Assembly (NCBI GenBank): GCA_030704615.1
Contig: CM060731.1
Coordinates: 13,640,001 to 13,704,000, forward strand
Direction: 5' to 3'
DNA from: Takakia lepidozioides
Lineage: Eukaryota; Plantae; Bryophyta
DNA: 64,000 nt
Under the pieces are notes generated by a model. It searched no databases, was not told the DNA's origin, and was given only the letters and a program-made list of their open reading frames with translations. A program made the translations under genes and the position numbers. This document shows positions 1 to 13,223 of the stretch, piece by piece (position 1 is the stretch's first letter; each line of letters begins with the position of its first letter).

Positions 1-1990
1 ATGAAATAAGCTCTTGAGCCTTGCGTTTGACATGTAAATGTGCTTCTTTGGAAGCCTCTGTGCAGTAAATTTCTCTTCAATAAAGTTCCCTGTTTGCATG
101 AATTCGTAAGCTCGCATTGGAGTCACCTTGTGTGCTATGTACACAGTTGTTGGATTTCTGTAATATTTATAGAATTGTGACTCCGATTTTTGGCTGTCCG
201 AGACTCGACATGTTGCTTCTGACTTTCAAGAGAACAGATCTGTCTATCTTCTAGATGGCAGTTTCTGTACATAATATGTAGGGGCTTGACTCTGATGATT
301 GATGATTTCTCAGCAAGAGTTCGACTGAAATTAACATGTGAGGAACCTGCTGCTTCGATGCGGTATGGAAAAGTTGCAGACAAACTCTCGAACTGAGGCC
401 TCCAAAAGTGTGTGACTCCGACATCTTGAGTGCACAACTTACAGAAAATGTACATGTAGGTAGTCTGGATCACACCTCCTTGCACACTTATGCTTTTCGT
501 GATCAGGTGAAGTCCAAGTAGAGTCCGTTCAATTGAACCTCTGAGAGTTATCTTGACATTCGATCGATGTAGTCGGGTTGTAGGCATTGCCATGATATAT
601 AGAACCTTTGTCTTTCAACGGCTCAAGATTGTCGATGCAAGCCCCACTCCATGCATTTGTTTTCTAGGCTGATTCATGAACCAGTATTGATACTAGCTCT
701 TCTTCTTACTTTCGTTCTTTATGTCATGCACCACATATCAATTGACATCCTCTTACCAGAAATCTGCTCTTGCAGCGAGAAGCTGTACATGCAGTAGCCA
801 AATTTACCCCTCAAGGTATGCGTTTTCCTCCCCTGAAAGTTGAATGTGAATATTAATAAGGTCCACATTCGCATACTATAACTACAATGTGTTGCAAATT
901 CAGTTTAAATTTTCCTGTGTACGAGACAAGTTTGCACAAGTTATGAAGATTTGAGACAGCTCTGGACAGCCATGCTCCACCCTCACAAAGCCGCCCTCTG
1001 TCCACTGAAGAAACCCGACATCTGTAGTCTGTCAGTATTCTGTCGACCGCCTAACTCTGCATGTGTATTCAATTGGGATAACAGGGCCCACCTCCAAAAG
1101 GGCCAAAAAAAAGGAGAAGCACTTTGGCTCTTAGTTACGCAAGCTTCAGCCGGAGTCTTTTCTTCGGTTGGAAAATTCCTACTTACGTTCTCCAGTCTTC
1201 GAGTATTCTGGTCTTTCGAAAGCATTACAAAGTGACTCAGTTGCTTGAGTTCTTCACAGTTCACTAATTTTTTGCCAGTTGTCTGGACCTCCTCGTCCGA
1301 ACCAACGAGCCGCCTGTAGTCTGCTCAGGTTTCCCTTCGGAGAAGAAAAGCCAGCTAAGTTTAACCGGAGGGAGAGAATCCGAATATCAAGGTGAGCATA
1401 TTCACCCGCAAGTTACAGCCTCTCAGGGTGAAGACTCGTAGCCCGTGACAAGTTGGCATAGTGTTCTCTAGCCCACAAAAGAATTCCAAGCTACTGTCAC
1501 GGCCCGTGTTGCCGGTCAGAAAAGATTCTCGGTTCTCTTGGATACCTAAGACGTAAAAGGCCTCTCGGAGGGCAATTTGTTTTGGATCTCATTGGATCCA
1601 CCGGGACTGATGGCAACGGTCTCGAACCAGCCACGCTTTGGATTTCTTCATGACGGTGATTGACAGCCCTTTGATGACCCAGCAGCCAACTTTAACCGAC
1701 AGTGCAGCAATTATATTTGTTGACTCACGAATCGTCAAACCAAGGCTCTCCAACAGAAGTTTGACAACAATCCGCACCGGCCCCTCTCCCATCCGTCGGA
1801 CTGGGGCTGTTGTCTGCAGTGGTTCCAAGTTCCAACAGCAACAACTTGTAGACTCCAAGGTGAGACTCCTCCGGCTCCCCTGGGCCCTGACCCGCCACAG
1901 ATTAGCATCGGGGTTTGGGCCCAATCTTGTTCAAGTTGCAACTTTGGCTCCTGTCTCCGCAATCTCGTCACAGTTAAGAACGAGAGAGAT
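1..1990 (-). pseudogene. Highly degenerate LINE-like ORF2 remnant (possible endonuclease and RT)
   Basis: Broken minus-strand frames contain an APE-like 'NIIAALS/SWLLG' near 1680-1720 and an RT-like 'SVQGGVIQ' in ORF 135..593. Many stops and frameshifts; recognised by eye only. Confidence 0.3.
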
Positions 1991-4900
1991 GCACCTCCTT
2001 GCAAAGCGCATTGAAGAGGGAGAGAGAGAGAGTGTGTGTGTATAGAAAAGCGCAGGACAGTGAGTAGCTGGGGCCTGGGCGCGTGGGCCCAAGGCAGCGA
2101 TTGGCACCCTCGCGGGCCACGCGTCCTCTGACGGGTGTGGGGTCGGGTCGGGTCGGGTCGGGTCGGCGCAAAGATAGACATACCCTTCGCTGTGAGTCTA
2201 CGACAGGGTCCACGTCGCCGTCCGCAGCGCCGTCAACGGAGGGTCTCCGCTGACTCAGCCCGTCGCAGCGCCGACGCCGTCGCGCTACCCCAAGCGTTCC
2301 CTCCATCGCCACCCTCCGTACTGGCCATCGGACGGCCAGCGTATCCTCAATTACTGAGCGCACCGACAAAGCACGGACGGGTTCGCGACCCCGTCCGCCC
2401 CGGACGGTTTCCTCTTTGGTAGAATGAGCAAAGAGAGAAGTGTGAAGCATCGAAAGCTGGGGAGCTTTTCTTCGTCCAAGCGAGATGCCTCATGCAATTA
2501 TTCCATATCTATAACCCAACTGTGCTTATCATCCACTTGTGGTCTGAGCTATGTAGCGGCCGGAACTTAGTACAAACTACTTTCATATCACTTATGCGGA
2601 TTGTTCGCAATTGTTTGTTTGCAATTGGCGGTGGTAGAGATTCCGCTTCAATTCCCTTTGTGTTCTGAGGAGGTGTGATAAGCAAAGGAGCAAGTCAGTT
2701 CCAAATAGGTACAAATTGTCTCCAATGCAAATGGATGAGCGCATCATCCGAGGAGGCACAGAACCCAAAATGTTCATAAGCGGCATGTTGTCGTTGTTGT
2801 TGTTGTAGATATTGTGAGTCCCCGGGCAGAGTGGAAGGGGGTGGATGGTTCCCCCTCTCTCTCTCATCAGAATTATTGTGTATGAAAAGCTGAAGTTTTC
2901 GGGGCTTGTTTCGTCATGTTTTGTCGACATTCAATCAACCCACATAAATCATTTTTTATTACGTCTGCACTGTGGCCACATTGTAAGCACCCAACAAACA
3001 TTCTTTAAAAATTCCGGTCAGCATGCTGCCCCTCCAAATCATCTTTGCATTAAATTTTGTCAGTACACACAAAATTTAGTTTTTTTGTTTCGTACTAGTT
3101 TTTCGGGTCGGTGCTGTATTTTTTCTGATCTGTTAACAGAAAATGAAAGAAGCTTGCCGGCGAAGGAATCACCGGCTGCATGCCGGTGAGGCTGGACTGG
3201 GTCAAGCCAGCTGACAGGTGTCAGTGCCGAATCCCGATGGCCCGGCTGTCCTTCCTGGCTCTACCCCTGCCACGTGTTCCTGTCCAGCCCAACAGATCTG
3301 GGGATCAAGCATGTCGCCAAAACATCTAGTAGCGTACTTTTGCACATATTGCTGCGGATAATTGCTCTTAAATTGTGCCTATTAATTCAACCAAAGTGTA
3401 CTAAATTCCTTATCACTCTCGAGTCTCCCACAAACAATTCCTTCTTAAATCACCATTGGACATAAATGTGTCTGCAGATCATCAATATATATTGTGGGTG
3501 AGATTAGATCCGAGGGAGAGTGTCAGAGTGAGTCTCTGATCATCTCGTGAAACAAGGAGGTTACCTATGCAGAGACTCGATGTCTGGGGATGATGCAAAG
3601 TCGCAAACAGAAGATGAGATTAGGTGAGAGGAGACTGAAGACCTTCCCTGAATTGGGGTAGCCTAGTATGCTGCTCATGAGCTGCTCTCCCATCGATAAA
3701 GTTAGACAAGATACTCTCTGTGCGCATGAGCTCACGGCTTACGCCGACTTTCCTTGAGCTTGACTCATGTTGTCAGTCTTTTCTCTTCGACGTCTGTGTT
3801 TGTGATCTCATTCAACATCACTGTGCTCCTCACCTACTTTTCTTCCCACTGCAGTGTGGTCCATTTGTGTAATCCAGGTTTTACAACTCACTCAAACTTC
3901 TACTCGAGGTCGCATAGGTAGTCCACGGAATATAAAGGGGGGACCCGCAGCAATAAACGGTGGCCCACAGTGTGTGCAGGACCCTCAAATTTCCCGACAT
4001 GAAAGCACCTGCGCGCAAGTGAGAGAAGGTGGGAGACGACTTTGTGGTGGTAAAGCTCTGCATGGATTTTGCCCAATCTGGTCCAAAAGTACGTGTTGCA
4101 TTGGCTAAATCAGGACAGCCCATTAAAGAAGTCACACTATATTCCTTGAGCTGCGGAGTTGTACGTTTCGCATGTGCCCGTAGTACTTCCCCAGATGGCC
4201 CCCACTGCCCATGTGAAACCGAACTTCTGGTCTTGTGGAGAACCAAAATTTCCAGGCTGGCTTGGTGGGACCGGCTAGCTGGTTGTGACTTGTGAGGCTC
4301 TTGATATTTTTGAGTTGGTAGTTAGAAAAACATTCCTCTCGGCTACTTAGTAAAGTCTTTTTGGATTGGTCTATAATAAGAAGATTCAGATATCTGTTTG
4401 AGTGCAGGCAGCAGCACCGACGGAATATTAGCTTGCATTGTTTGTAGAGTTAGGGGCTAGCTAAATTTTGTGAGCCTAGCTGCTAACTTCGAGGCGTACC
4501 CGAAGCTACTCGCTTCGTTGCAAGGAAGGGAGGCATGTACGGACGGCTCCGTGTCAAACCAAGTACTGTCAATTTGCAGAGAGTCATGACGGAAACCCTG
4601 TTGCAGCTCCTCCTGATGCTTTTGCATTTGAGAAGGTTTGGTGGAGGGGAGATTGGGAGACATGATCACACCTGTCCGATTGCAGATATCAAGCGAGATT
4701 GTATCTCTTTATGTAAAGCTAGTATGTGATTCGGCTATATGTGATTGGGTGTTTGGTAGTGAAGGGTATTTGTCCAAGCACTTCGCAGGTGCAGTTTTCC
4801 CTCACTCTAATTAACCACCTTGCACTGAATCTCTGTACAAATGTCGAATACCCCGGGCGATGTCTTGCAAAATCACGTTACACAGCACCAGACCGACTCT

Positions 4901-5079
4901 GGGCCGTAGTCTGCTGCTATGCCTTGCAAGAATGATTGAAGAGACAAACATAGATTGTTTTGCGAATCCTCCCGTCTACCCACCGGATGTCAATTGCAAT
5001 TCTCGTATGATAACTACAAACCACTGAAGTTGATCTTAATGTACTAGAAAGGAAATTGGAGAAGCACACACTGGAGAGA

Positions 5080-5600
5080 ATGTACTCGTAAGATCTAGCC
5101 TCTTCGCCAAAGACCCCGCGCCCAGTTTGGGCGGAACAAAGGGAACAGATACTACCCAAGTTGTACTCAAGCAGTGGCACTCATGGCGTCTGATATAAAC
5201 AATTTGTTAGGGCATTTGATATTTCGTCTAGAAAGACCTTTACACAAGCATCAACCTGGATCTGCCCAACAGTTACCCCAACAGGGCCACGGCTTTAGCC
5301 TGAACCTCGAGATTTTGAGAGTTGGTGAACCGAGGTGCAGGGAGTATGTTCTTGATGTTCCTGAAGAGTGTGGCTCTGTGACATTGTATCAAAAAATGGA
5401 TATTGTCTTCAGGCCGCCACATCGGGCATTGACAATCCCCATTTTCTCTCGCCTCTGTTTGTTTTTCAAAACTAGACTCCCCGGCTGGAGTTTAAATTTC
5501 AGTCTTGTGCCGAGGGTGGGTAGGCCCTTCAGGTCGTCCTTAAGGTCCTCACATGTCACAGAGTGGAACAAGTTTAGGGAAGTTCTGCCTAACTTCGTTC
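5080..5600 (-). mobile_element. LINE 3' fragment (ORF2 C-terminal CCHC region)
   Basis: Frameshifted minus-strand translation gives PTLGTRLKFKL, then CPM..PEDNIHFLIQC, VDACVKVFL and AQTGRG. Homologous to 9312-9690 and 60742-61180. Confidence 0.6.
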
Positions 5601-6262
5601 AACCACCACAGAGAAAGAGAAAGAATCACCGTACATGACAACACCCAAGTCATAAACAGGGAACAGATTGGCAAATCTGTAGTCTCAGTAAAGGTTTAAA
5701 AAGGAAATGAAACGCATGAAAGATGCTGACATAACCCCACATCGCCTCCCAAAAAAACTCAAACTGAATCCTCCGTCCAAACACGTATGCCAATCTGAAT
5801 TTTCACCTCTGACACAGTAATATTCCCCGGCTCTGCAGCGAGATTCAGCTCTGGAGGTAGGATACTGCTTTTTATAGGTAGGTTGGAAATGTTTCTCGTG
5901 CCCCACTTACTATTCTGCAACTGCAGAAAAAGTCTTTCTCATAGGAAATCAAAAGGCCGTGGGTACCCACTTCTGAGGTATCGCTCGACCATGGATCGAA
6001 TGGACCACACAGTGCAAACTGCAAACCTCCAACGGGTCCCTGTTGGTATGGCGCTGTGACGGCAGGTGTCGCCTGCTTGGGTTGCTGGCAAATCCAATGT
6101 CAATGACGGTTGATCTGCTTTAAAAGACGGACCGATAAGCTTCTGGTTACGGTTCTAGGACTTTTTTACTTGACACAATAGACAGTACAGTTTCCTTTCT
6201 TTTTTTTCTTTTTCTTTTTTTTTAGTCCAACTCTTTTTTTTATTTTTTTTACCTCTTATAAC

Positions 6263-6356
6263 AGGAAGGTGGACACCTTCATGACACACCAGACGGTGGT
6301 TTGAACCCACAACCACATCAAACGTGGTATGTGCCCATTACCACTGGGCTACATGC
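6263..6356 (-). mobile_element. tRNA-derived SINE head, copy 1
   Basis: 94 bp nearly identical to 8046-8139. The minus strand has a Pol III A-box TAGCCCAGTGG and B-box GGTTCAAACC, followed by an A-rich tract. Confidence 0.65.
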
Positions 6357-6529
6357 TTTCTTTTTCTTTTCATTTTTAGTGAACAGGGGACACTGAGCGG
6401 CCCTGGATTAATTTTATTTGGAATTATTGGAGGGGAAAAAAATTAAAACCCACCATAAGGCACACACCCTTTTTTCTTTTTTATAAACAAGGGGGATGTG
6501 GCCTTGTAGATCAGAATTACTATGGATGC

Positions 6530-6900
6530 CGTTGGCCCAGTGCAATCTCCTATGTATACAAGTACATCTCCCATGTCGAGGCCCAAGTGCGACCTCTAGG
6601 GTAGCCTGCTGTTGGCCCATGTGCGAAAAATTGAAATCTAAGACCAAGTGCAATTTCCTATGTATCCCTGTGGGTCTCCTATGTTGAAGCCCATCTAAGC
6701 CCAAGTACAATCTTCTATGTAGCCAAGTGCATCTCCCATGTAGAGGCTGAAGTGTCCACTATTGTCTAAGCCCAAGTGCGATATCCTATGTATCCAAGTG
6801 TGTCTCCTATATATCCAAGGGCGTCTCCCATGTGCGTCTCCTATGTCGAGGCCCATATGAGCAATCTCCTATGTATCCAAGTGCGTCTCCCATGTCAAGG
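6530..6900. repeat. Degenerate ~20-bp tandem repeat (CCAAGTGC..CTCCYATGT)
   Basis: Recurring ccaagtgc / ctcctatgt / ctcccatgt units. Confidence 0.65.
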
Positions 6901-8045
6901 CCCCATTTATTTTATTTTTTTCATGAATTTATTGAGTAATAATATCTTGTCATTATTGATATGTCTCCCGTCTCTAGGGTAGCCTATGCCATTAGCCCAA
7001 GTGTCCAATGCCAAATGCATTTTCTTTCCACATATCCTACTACCAAATTTGAACCGGAGACCTTTCCCTTAATATCTCTCTTTGCCAAGGCTCCAACCAT
7101 TGTCCCATAAATGCCTAATTTGCAATTTTTCGTGAATTTCCAGCGACCCAAAGTACTTGAAATTCCACATCTCCCACACCGCAAGTCCAAAAATCATGAG
7201 ACCAAGCCCGTGCACCCCTTCTCGTCGAGGGCTTTCCAACGGGACCAAGCACTCAGGGTGGAGCCCCGCAGTTTGGGACATCTCAATCTACAAAACAAAA
7301 CAAAACAAACGTCTCGCTTCATATATTGATATACTCTCATATATCCTTGTTGTTGTGGCAAGACTTTGTCCAGATATGTATTTTGTTCATCCATGAACTC
7401 CCTATCTCATTGGTTGTGGCTCAAGCATGTTAGCACTTTGTCAACATGGATGGAACACGTCCCTTTATTAATTTAGTTTATCACTGGCATGTGGCATGAA
7501 GCCTCAAATAGCCAAAATGTCCACATCCTTAAGGAAAACCTCAAACTGCCTCCCCCACTTCTATGCACATATGCATTTTACAGCTATCACCTCGCTCATA
7601 CCCAAGCCACACATGGCATATGTGTTCCTCAATGTAGTTCCCATAACACGGACTTTCGGCATGCAGCAATGGCAAGTTGTTCCTATACTGCTAGCGCCAA
7701 TATTGCGTCCAGTCGACTTAGTTTTCTAACATAGGGGAAACTATGTTGTGGAGATGAAAGTGTGTTGAGTGAATGTTGCAGCCTGTAGTAGGAGAGGAGA
7801 GTAGAAAGGCGCCACAAGAGCGTAAGAAGGAGGACATGATTCTACCGTGATGTCACTCTTTACCTTGTTGGATCTTAGCGACCTATCCCTGCAGTTCAAA
7901 CCAGCCCCACCAATAAAGGGTGGGCCTACTATGGGCTATGTGGCCTGGCTATTACAGCCCAAAAAAAAAAAAGGGGTATGACGCCTCCGGAAGGAAGCGT
8001 AACTTATGGAGTCACTTCACCCCGAAGGGCTACCTGCCTTCTGCT

Positions 8046-8139
8046 AGGAAGGTGGACAGCTTCATGACACACCAGACCGTGGTTTGAACCCACAACCACA
8101 TCCAACGTGGTATGTGCCCATTACCACTGGGCTACATGC
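8046..8139 (-). mobile_element. tRNA-derived SINE head, copy 2
   Basis: Same A-box/B-box sequence as 6263-6356; continues on the minus strand to a T run at ~7961-7972. Confidence 0.65.
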
Positions 8140-9311
8140 ATGCTAGTTGACATTATAGCCCTAAATCTTAACAAGCCTCAAAGGACAATTGGCTCTCTTG
8201 CTTTGCTTTGGCACAACATAAGAGGATGGTAAGACTAGGGAGCATGACTCAGCCCAACACACCAATCAGCACAACACACCAATCGGCGCCTTGACATCGG
8301 TGTAAGGTACTTTGACCACATTTTCTCCATTGACTTGCATGTCTCCGCAAAGTTTCTCTAGGAGAGAGCCAACAAACAGAAAATTGAAAGTGGCCAATTT
8401 GCCACGGTATGACCGGATCCGGTGCCAAGCCCATCCCTGAAAGGGGGTAATACCCGCAAGGGGAAGAGGCTCTTATTTACGCTAGCTCTAACTGGCGATA
8501 TATATATCAATATATAATCAATATAGTATGTGTATGTATATAGATAAAAATAATATGAATAATTTAATAATTTAATTCAATCAGACAGTACATTTGACGG
8601 CTCCCTCAGCTCCTCTGGCGGCCCCTCTGAGCTAAAATCCTCGCAGGACTCACCATTCAATACTTTAGCATGCAATAGTTTGCAGCGATGAGTAGCCCAA
8701 TGGTAAGGTGATGGTAATGGAGGGTGGTGGGGTATAGGTTCGATTCTTGTTGGGTGTTTGAGTCACTCCAGTCTGTGTCACCCCAACTCCTTTGGTTCGA
8801 GTCTAATTCCTTTCTAGGATGTTTTATGTCAAATTTCGAGACCAAATGGGAGTTACCAAGTGGAGTGACATTCCTTTCAATGTCAGCCCATCACTCCATG
8901 TCATCCCGGTCTATGTTAGCCCAATCTGTGTCACTCTCCAAAGAGGGTGGGCGCCCCTCACTCTAGTGTCACCCCAATGTGTGTCACTCTCCAGAGGGGG
9001 TGGGGCCCGTCACTCTAGTGTCACCCCCTTCCATGTTACTCTGATCATGTCACCCCAATCTGTCACTCACAAGACAGGTAATTCTATCGTTCCTTACCAG
9101 ACCAGCCGGTATGGATAAAAAGACTCAATAAAAGAGGAATGAAAAATTATCACCCTGGTAGTTTTTCATCCGGTACGGATGGAAAAACAGGATGTTGTTG
9201 GCAACCTCCATAGAGGTAATTCTTTTCTTCCATGGTGACTCATCCGGTATGGATGAGAGTCAATAGAGGAGGAATGAAAAGGCCAAAAGAACCATCCTAG
9301 AGGTAATTCAG

Positions 9312-9690
9312 TAAACTCAGGGCAGGAAGCCTACCTTTGAACAGCAAACAGAAGCAGAGAGGAAAGGGAGAGTGCAATTGCCCGTTGTGTGGGCAATCTG
9401 AAGACAGTACTCATTTTCTGATACACTGTCCGGGGTTCTCTCACCAAAGAGACGCTCTCTTCAAATCTATCAAGGGAATTGTGCATGTACCTCTGTTTAC
9501 CTGATGCTTGTGTGAAGGGATTTCTAGAGGATATCTGGAAAACCCAGATTAATTCTATATATGAAGGTAAGTCTTACTACCAACATCAGCCCCTGACAGA
9601 GGCAGGTTCTGTCCCTTTTGTTTCCGCTCAAACTGGGCGCGGGGTCAATGGCCACAAGGCTACGGCAAACAATGTCTTATGAGTACAAAC
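9312..9690 (+). mobile_element. LINE 3' end fragment (CCHC zinc knuckle)
   Basis: Translates to KLRAGSLPLNSKQKQRGKGECNCPLCGQSEDSTHFLIHC, then DACVKGFLEDIWK and AQTGRGVNG. C-x2-C-x7-H-x4-C is typical of LINE ORF2 C-termini. Confidence 0.7.
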
Positions 9691-9762
9691 TTTTTAACTT
9701 TTTTTGCACCCTCTCTCCCCTGTGGTTTGTTTATTTTTGTGAGCAGCAAAAAACAAATGGAG

Positions 9763-11518
9763 GATATTCACGTCATTTCAAGACATGGACAAGACCCATA
9801 AGGGTCATTGTCAATTAAAGACATAAACAGCCCTAGATAGGGCACTATCTCACATTTCCAGTCTTGTCAAATCATCCCAAAAGACACCACCCAATCATCC
9901 AAGACAAAACAGGGTGGGAGGGCGGGGTTTGTTCTTGTGTGGGACAAGATAAGATATTGTTGTCCCTGTGCATGCTCCAAGGCCTCTTGGTTCAGCCTGT
10001 ACATATACCAGCAGCTTACCAATTCAGCCATTAATTATGGCAGGTCATGCATCAGCCAAGGCATAAGGACCAACCTGCATTTTGTCAGAATCTCAGTATA
10101 CCACCAAGCAGTCCAACTTGGGCCAGATGAAGTAGATTCCATATCATCTGTATTCACCCCTAGACATGTGATCATACAAGGTATCAAGGGAATGTGAATG
10201 CAGCCTGTCAGATTACAGGTTCAAGACTTGTACCAACAAACAGCATGAACAGCCGAGATCCATCCTCTTTTGTATAAAAAACAGATAGCAGGTCATAGGC
10301 TTGATGTCATGACAGATCCAAAACAATATGTAGGATTCCATTGCAGCTTACCATCCTCATCCTTCAAGAGTTTCATGCTAAGACATGCAAAGAACACCTT
10401 ACTACGATCCAGTACACATCAGAAGTAGGCCTGAAAAGGAGCAGGGCAGTACCCTACCAGGCTGCCGCCCTAAACTCAAGGCCATCAGATCCATAGTTAC
10501 CCAAAACCGCCAAAAACATACCACCAAAAACCATATCCTCTTTGGCCAAAATAACTTACAACCTAGCTTAGTAATCCACAGGTTGTGCTGTCAAAGATTA
10601 AAAGGGAGGGTATGGTTTGCATGCAAGCCTCAGGAAACAAGCCCGTCAGGCCGAGCTGCGCATCGGCGGCAGAACGACAAAGGCCAGAACGCAGGCTGGA
10701 GCATATCAAGTCAAGGGCAGTTGGGTTGAAATCGGGGCTGTAGCCAGCAGCCACCTCACAGCGCGCACAACCCTAGGTCTTCTCAGCCCATATCCCAATC
10801 TGCATGCTCAAGAAACTTCAAAGTATGTGAGGATCCTCACCTGGTCCCATCACAAGCCCCCACAAAAACCAACAGGTTAGTGAGGATTGTGGAACCCCAA
10901 GTGAATCACAGACCCTCACACTTGTCATCGATGTCAATTAAGAAACTCAAAAGCAAGAGAAAGACATAAGAACATGAGAATCCCTAAATACCAAAGGCAC
11001 CTTAAGCGATTGGGGAAGATGGTTATGTGCCATCACCATCCGCAGCAAGCCGCCTCCACAAAGCATATAAGCAATGAAGCAAAACAGGCACAATCGCAAG
11101 GCACTAGAAAAGAGAGAGAGAACTTCCCATCATAAGCATCTTTGCTAAGCACAGAAAAAGCTAGAAGAGGGATGTTGCCACTGCATTCATAGCGGTGTTT
11201 CCCGCTGCAAGAGAGACAAGGCGCCGCCTTCGCGCCCCCCCAGGCGCTCGTCCAGCATGGGTACGACACCACAAACAGGGCAGCCACCGAAGCACGCCTG
11301 CCATAACACTCTCCTCGCGAGCTCAGAAGCACATCGTGTGCTTCTAACAGCAGGAGAGACGACATAGGGTTGTCCCCCAATTATTCATCTGTGGATGAAA
11401 AATAGTAGGACGAATCCATATACCCTGATGGATTTCATCCGCAGCAAGGTTAAAAATAGGTTTTGGGGTAGGGATTAGGGTTTCCACCGTAATTAATCAT
11501 AATTAGGGGCAGTAAAGA
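9763..11518 (-). repeat. Dispersed ~1.75-kb repeat, copy 1 (possibly a non-autonomous Helitron 5' region)
   Basis: Collinear with 61211-63003. Both copies end at the same point, reading A|TCTTTACT on the minus strand (Helitron-like A^TC). No 3' hairpin-CTRR end found. Confidence 0.55.
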
Positions 11519-12529
11519 TTTTACATACTAGAAACTGGCGAACCATCCTATCAGAGATCACATACGTGCATTAAGTTCTTACATTCTAATTTATAGTTTT
11601 GAAAAAAAAACATGTATTACTTGATTAGGGTTATCTTTCGGGGAAAAGCCACTTATCTTTTGGTGAAAGCATTTTTATCAAAACAAGCACTCATTACATG
11701 TAAGATGAATATACATGTGAAATTGCTTTCGGTGCAAATTCACAACCCAAATCACAATAGATGGGATTAGAGACTCAAACGATCACCATTGTTATTAACC
11801 TATATTGCTTGTAAGAAGAAGAATGATGACACCTCCTGAAAGAAGCATAAAATGGTGCCTCTGACTTCATCCCGAGGGACTATTGCCGTCCATTGGATAG
11901 TGGACACTTTGAACCCTAGATCACCTAGGCACAAGATACAAACTTCCATCCGCTAGGCTAACTGCTCTAGTGCCTATTTCTTGTATATTGTATGTAATTG
12001 CCACTGTCACATTCTCATCACTTCTTCCACATACTTTGATTCTTATGTATATGAGACAGCATTTGTTATCCTCCAATATTTCATGATTATGCTTAGAATG
12101 AGATCATATTTTATTATTATAAATCCACACCAGGCCGTCATGTCACTTCATCATGAAAACCGCTTCCACTAATACATACTTCAGCAATATATATATTTGC
12201 ATTTATGACTACAGATTTATTTATTCATAATTGTTGTGCTGTCGGGGATACTAACTTTTGATTCAAATCCTCATGTAGATAATATGTGATAATCCTTAAC
12301 TAGCATAAAATGGAATACATCCAAGGTAGATAATTGTGTTTTTCTAGGCATATTCATCGTCAATGTATATATATATATATATAATCATCAAATATTTATT
12401 TATGTTATCAATATAAATAATTGGTACTGTAAATATTAATGACATTATATTGGTTAAATTATAATATAAAAATAAGGTGGACAAAGGTGGAGGCCTTTCG
12501 GTCCTAGAGAGAAGAAGTTTGCGAAGTTT

Positions 12530-13012
12530 GCACGCATTCCATGGCCGATGGACATCAGCAAGTTCATGTTTTCATGGGATTGACAAACTACTATCAACGG
12601 TTTATCATGAAGGGATTTAGCAGTGCTCATTGCAAAGGCTCTTTACCAAGTTGATCAAGGTGGATCAATAGTGGCAGTGGGAGAAAGAGCAGGAGCAAGC
12701 ATTTTAAACTCAAGGCCCGGTTGACTTTTGCACATATTCGAGGGAGGCCTTCTAATTACATACGGATTGGAGTATGTTGGGGATTTGAGCAGTAGTACTC
12801 ACACATGTGGATAATAAGGGAAGAGAGTTCATAATGGCATAGTCAGTCGCTCAAACAATGATTATGAGAAGAAATATAGTGCACATGATGATCTAGTGAT
12901 TAGTAAAGAGCTTGATGGTACTAAGAATGTGCATGAAGATGCAGCAATGTTGACACCGGAAAGACAGCAAATCAGTGTGACTACCAAGGAAAGAGATCGG
13001 ATTTTACAAATC
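12530..13012 (+). pseudogene. Old degenerate pol fragment (RT/RNase H) of the DNMT-gypsy family
   Basis: Broken translation VFMGLTNYYQRF..KVDQ*WQWEKEQEQAF..LHTDWSMLG..TKNVHED..TTKERDRILQ matches the 27112..28323 and 25349..27208 products. Confidence 0.75.
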
Positions 13013-13223
13013 GATTAATACATTCTACTACTAACACATTTTGGCAAGTTTTCCGGATTTTCTACCTCACAATTCTTTTGTACATGTAGCTCATCCATTT
13101 GTCACGTAAAATTATAACGATTTTCCACCACTTTTCCCTTTTCAAAACAAAAAACCGTTGTCCAAATAAGATCCTCGTCAAACACAACACTGCTAGCCAA
13201 GGAGGGGGAAGAATATAATACCA

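Noticed and set aside
2055-2410. GC-rich island with (GGGTC)n and several ORFs
   Set aside because: No TIR, TSD or domain could be established.
3300-4900. Cluster of short ORFs, possibly an old retroelement
   Set aside because: No diagnostic motif recognisable.
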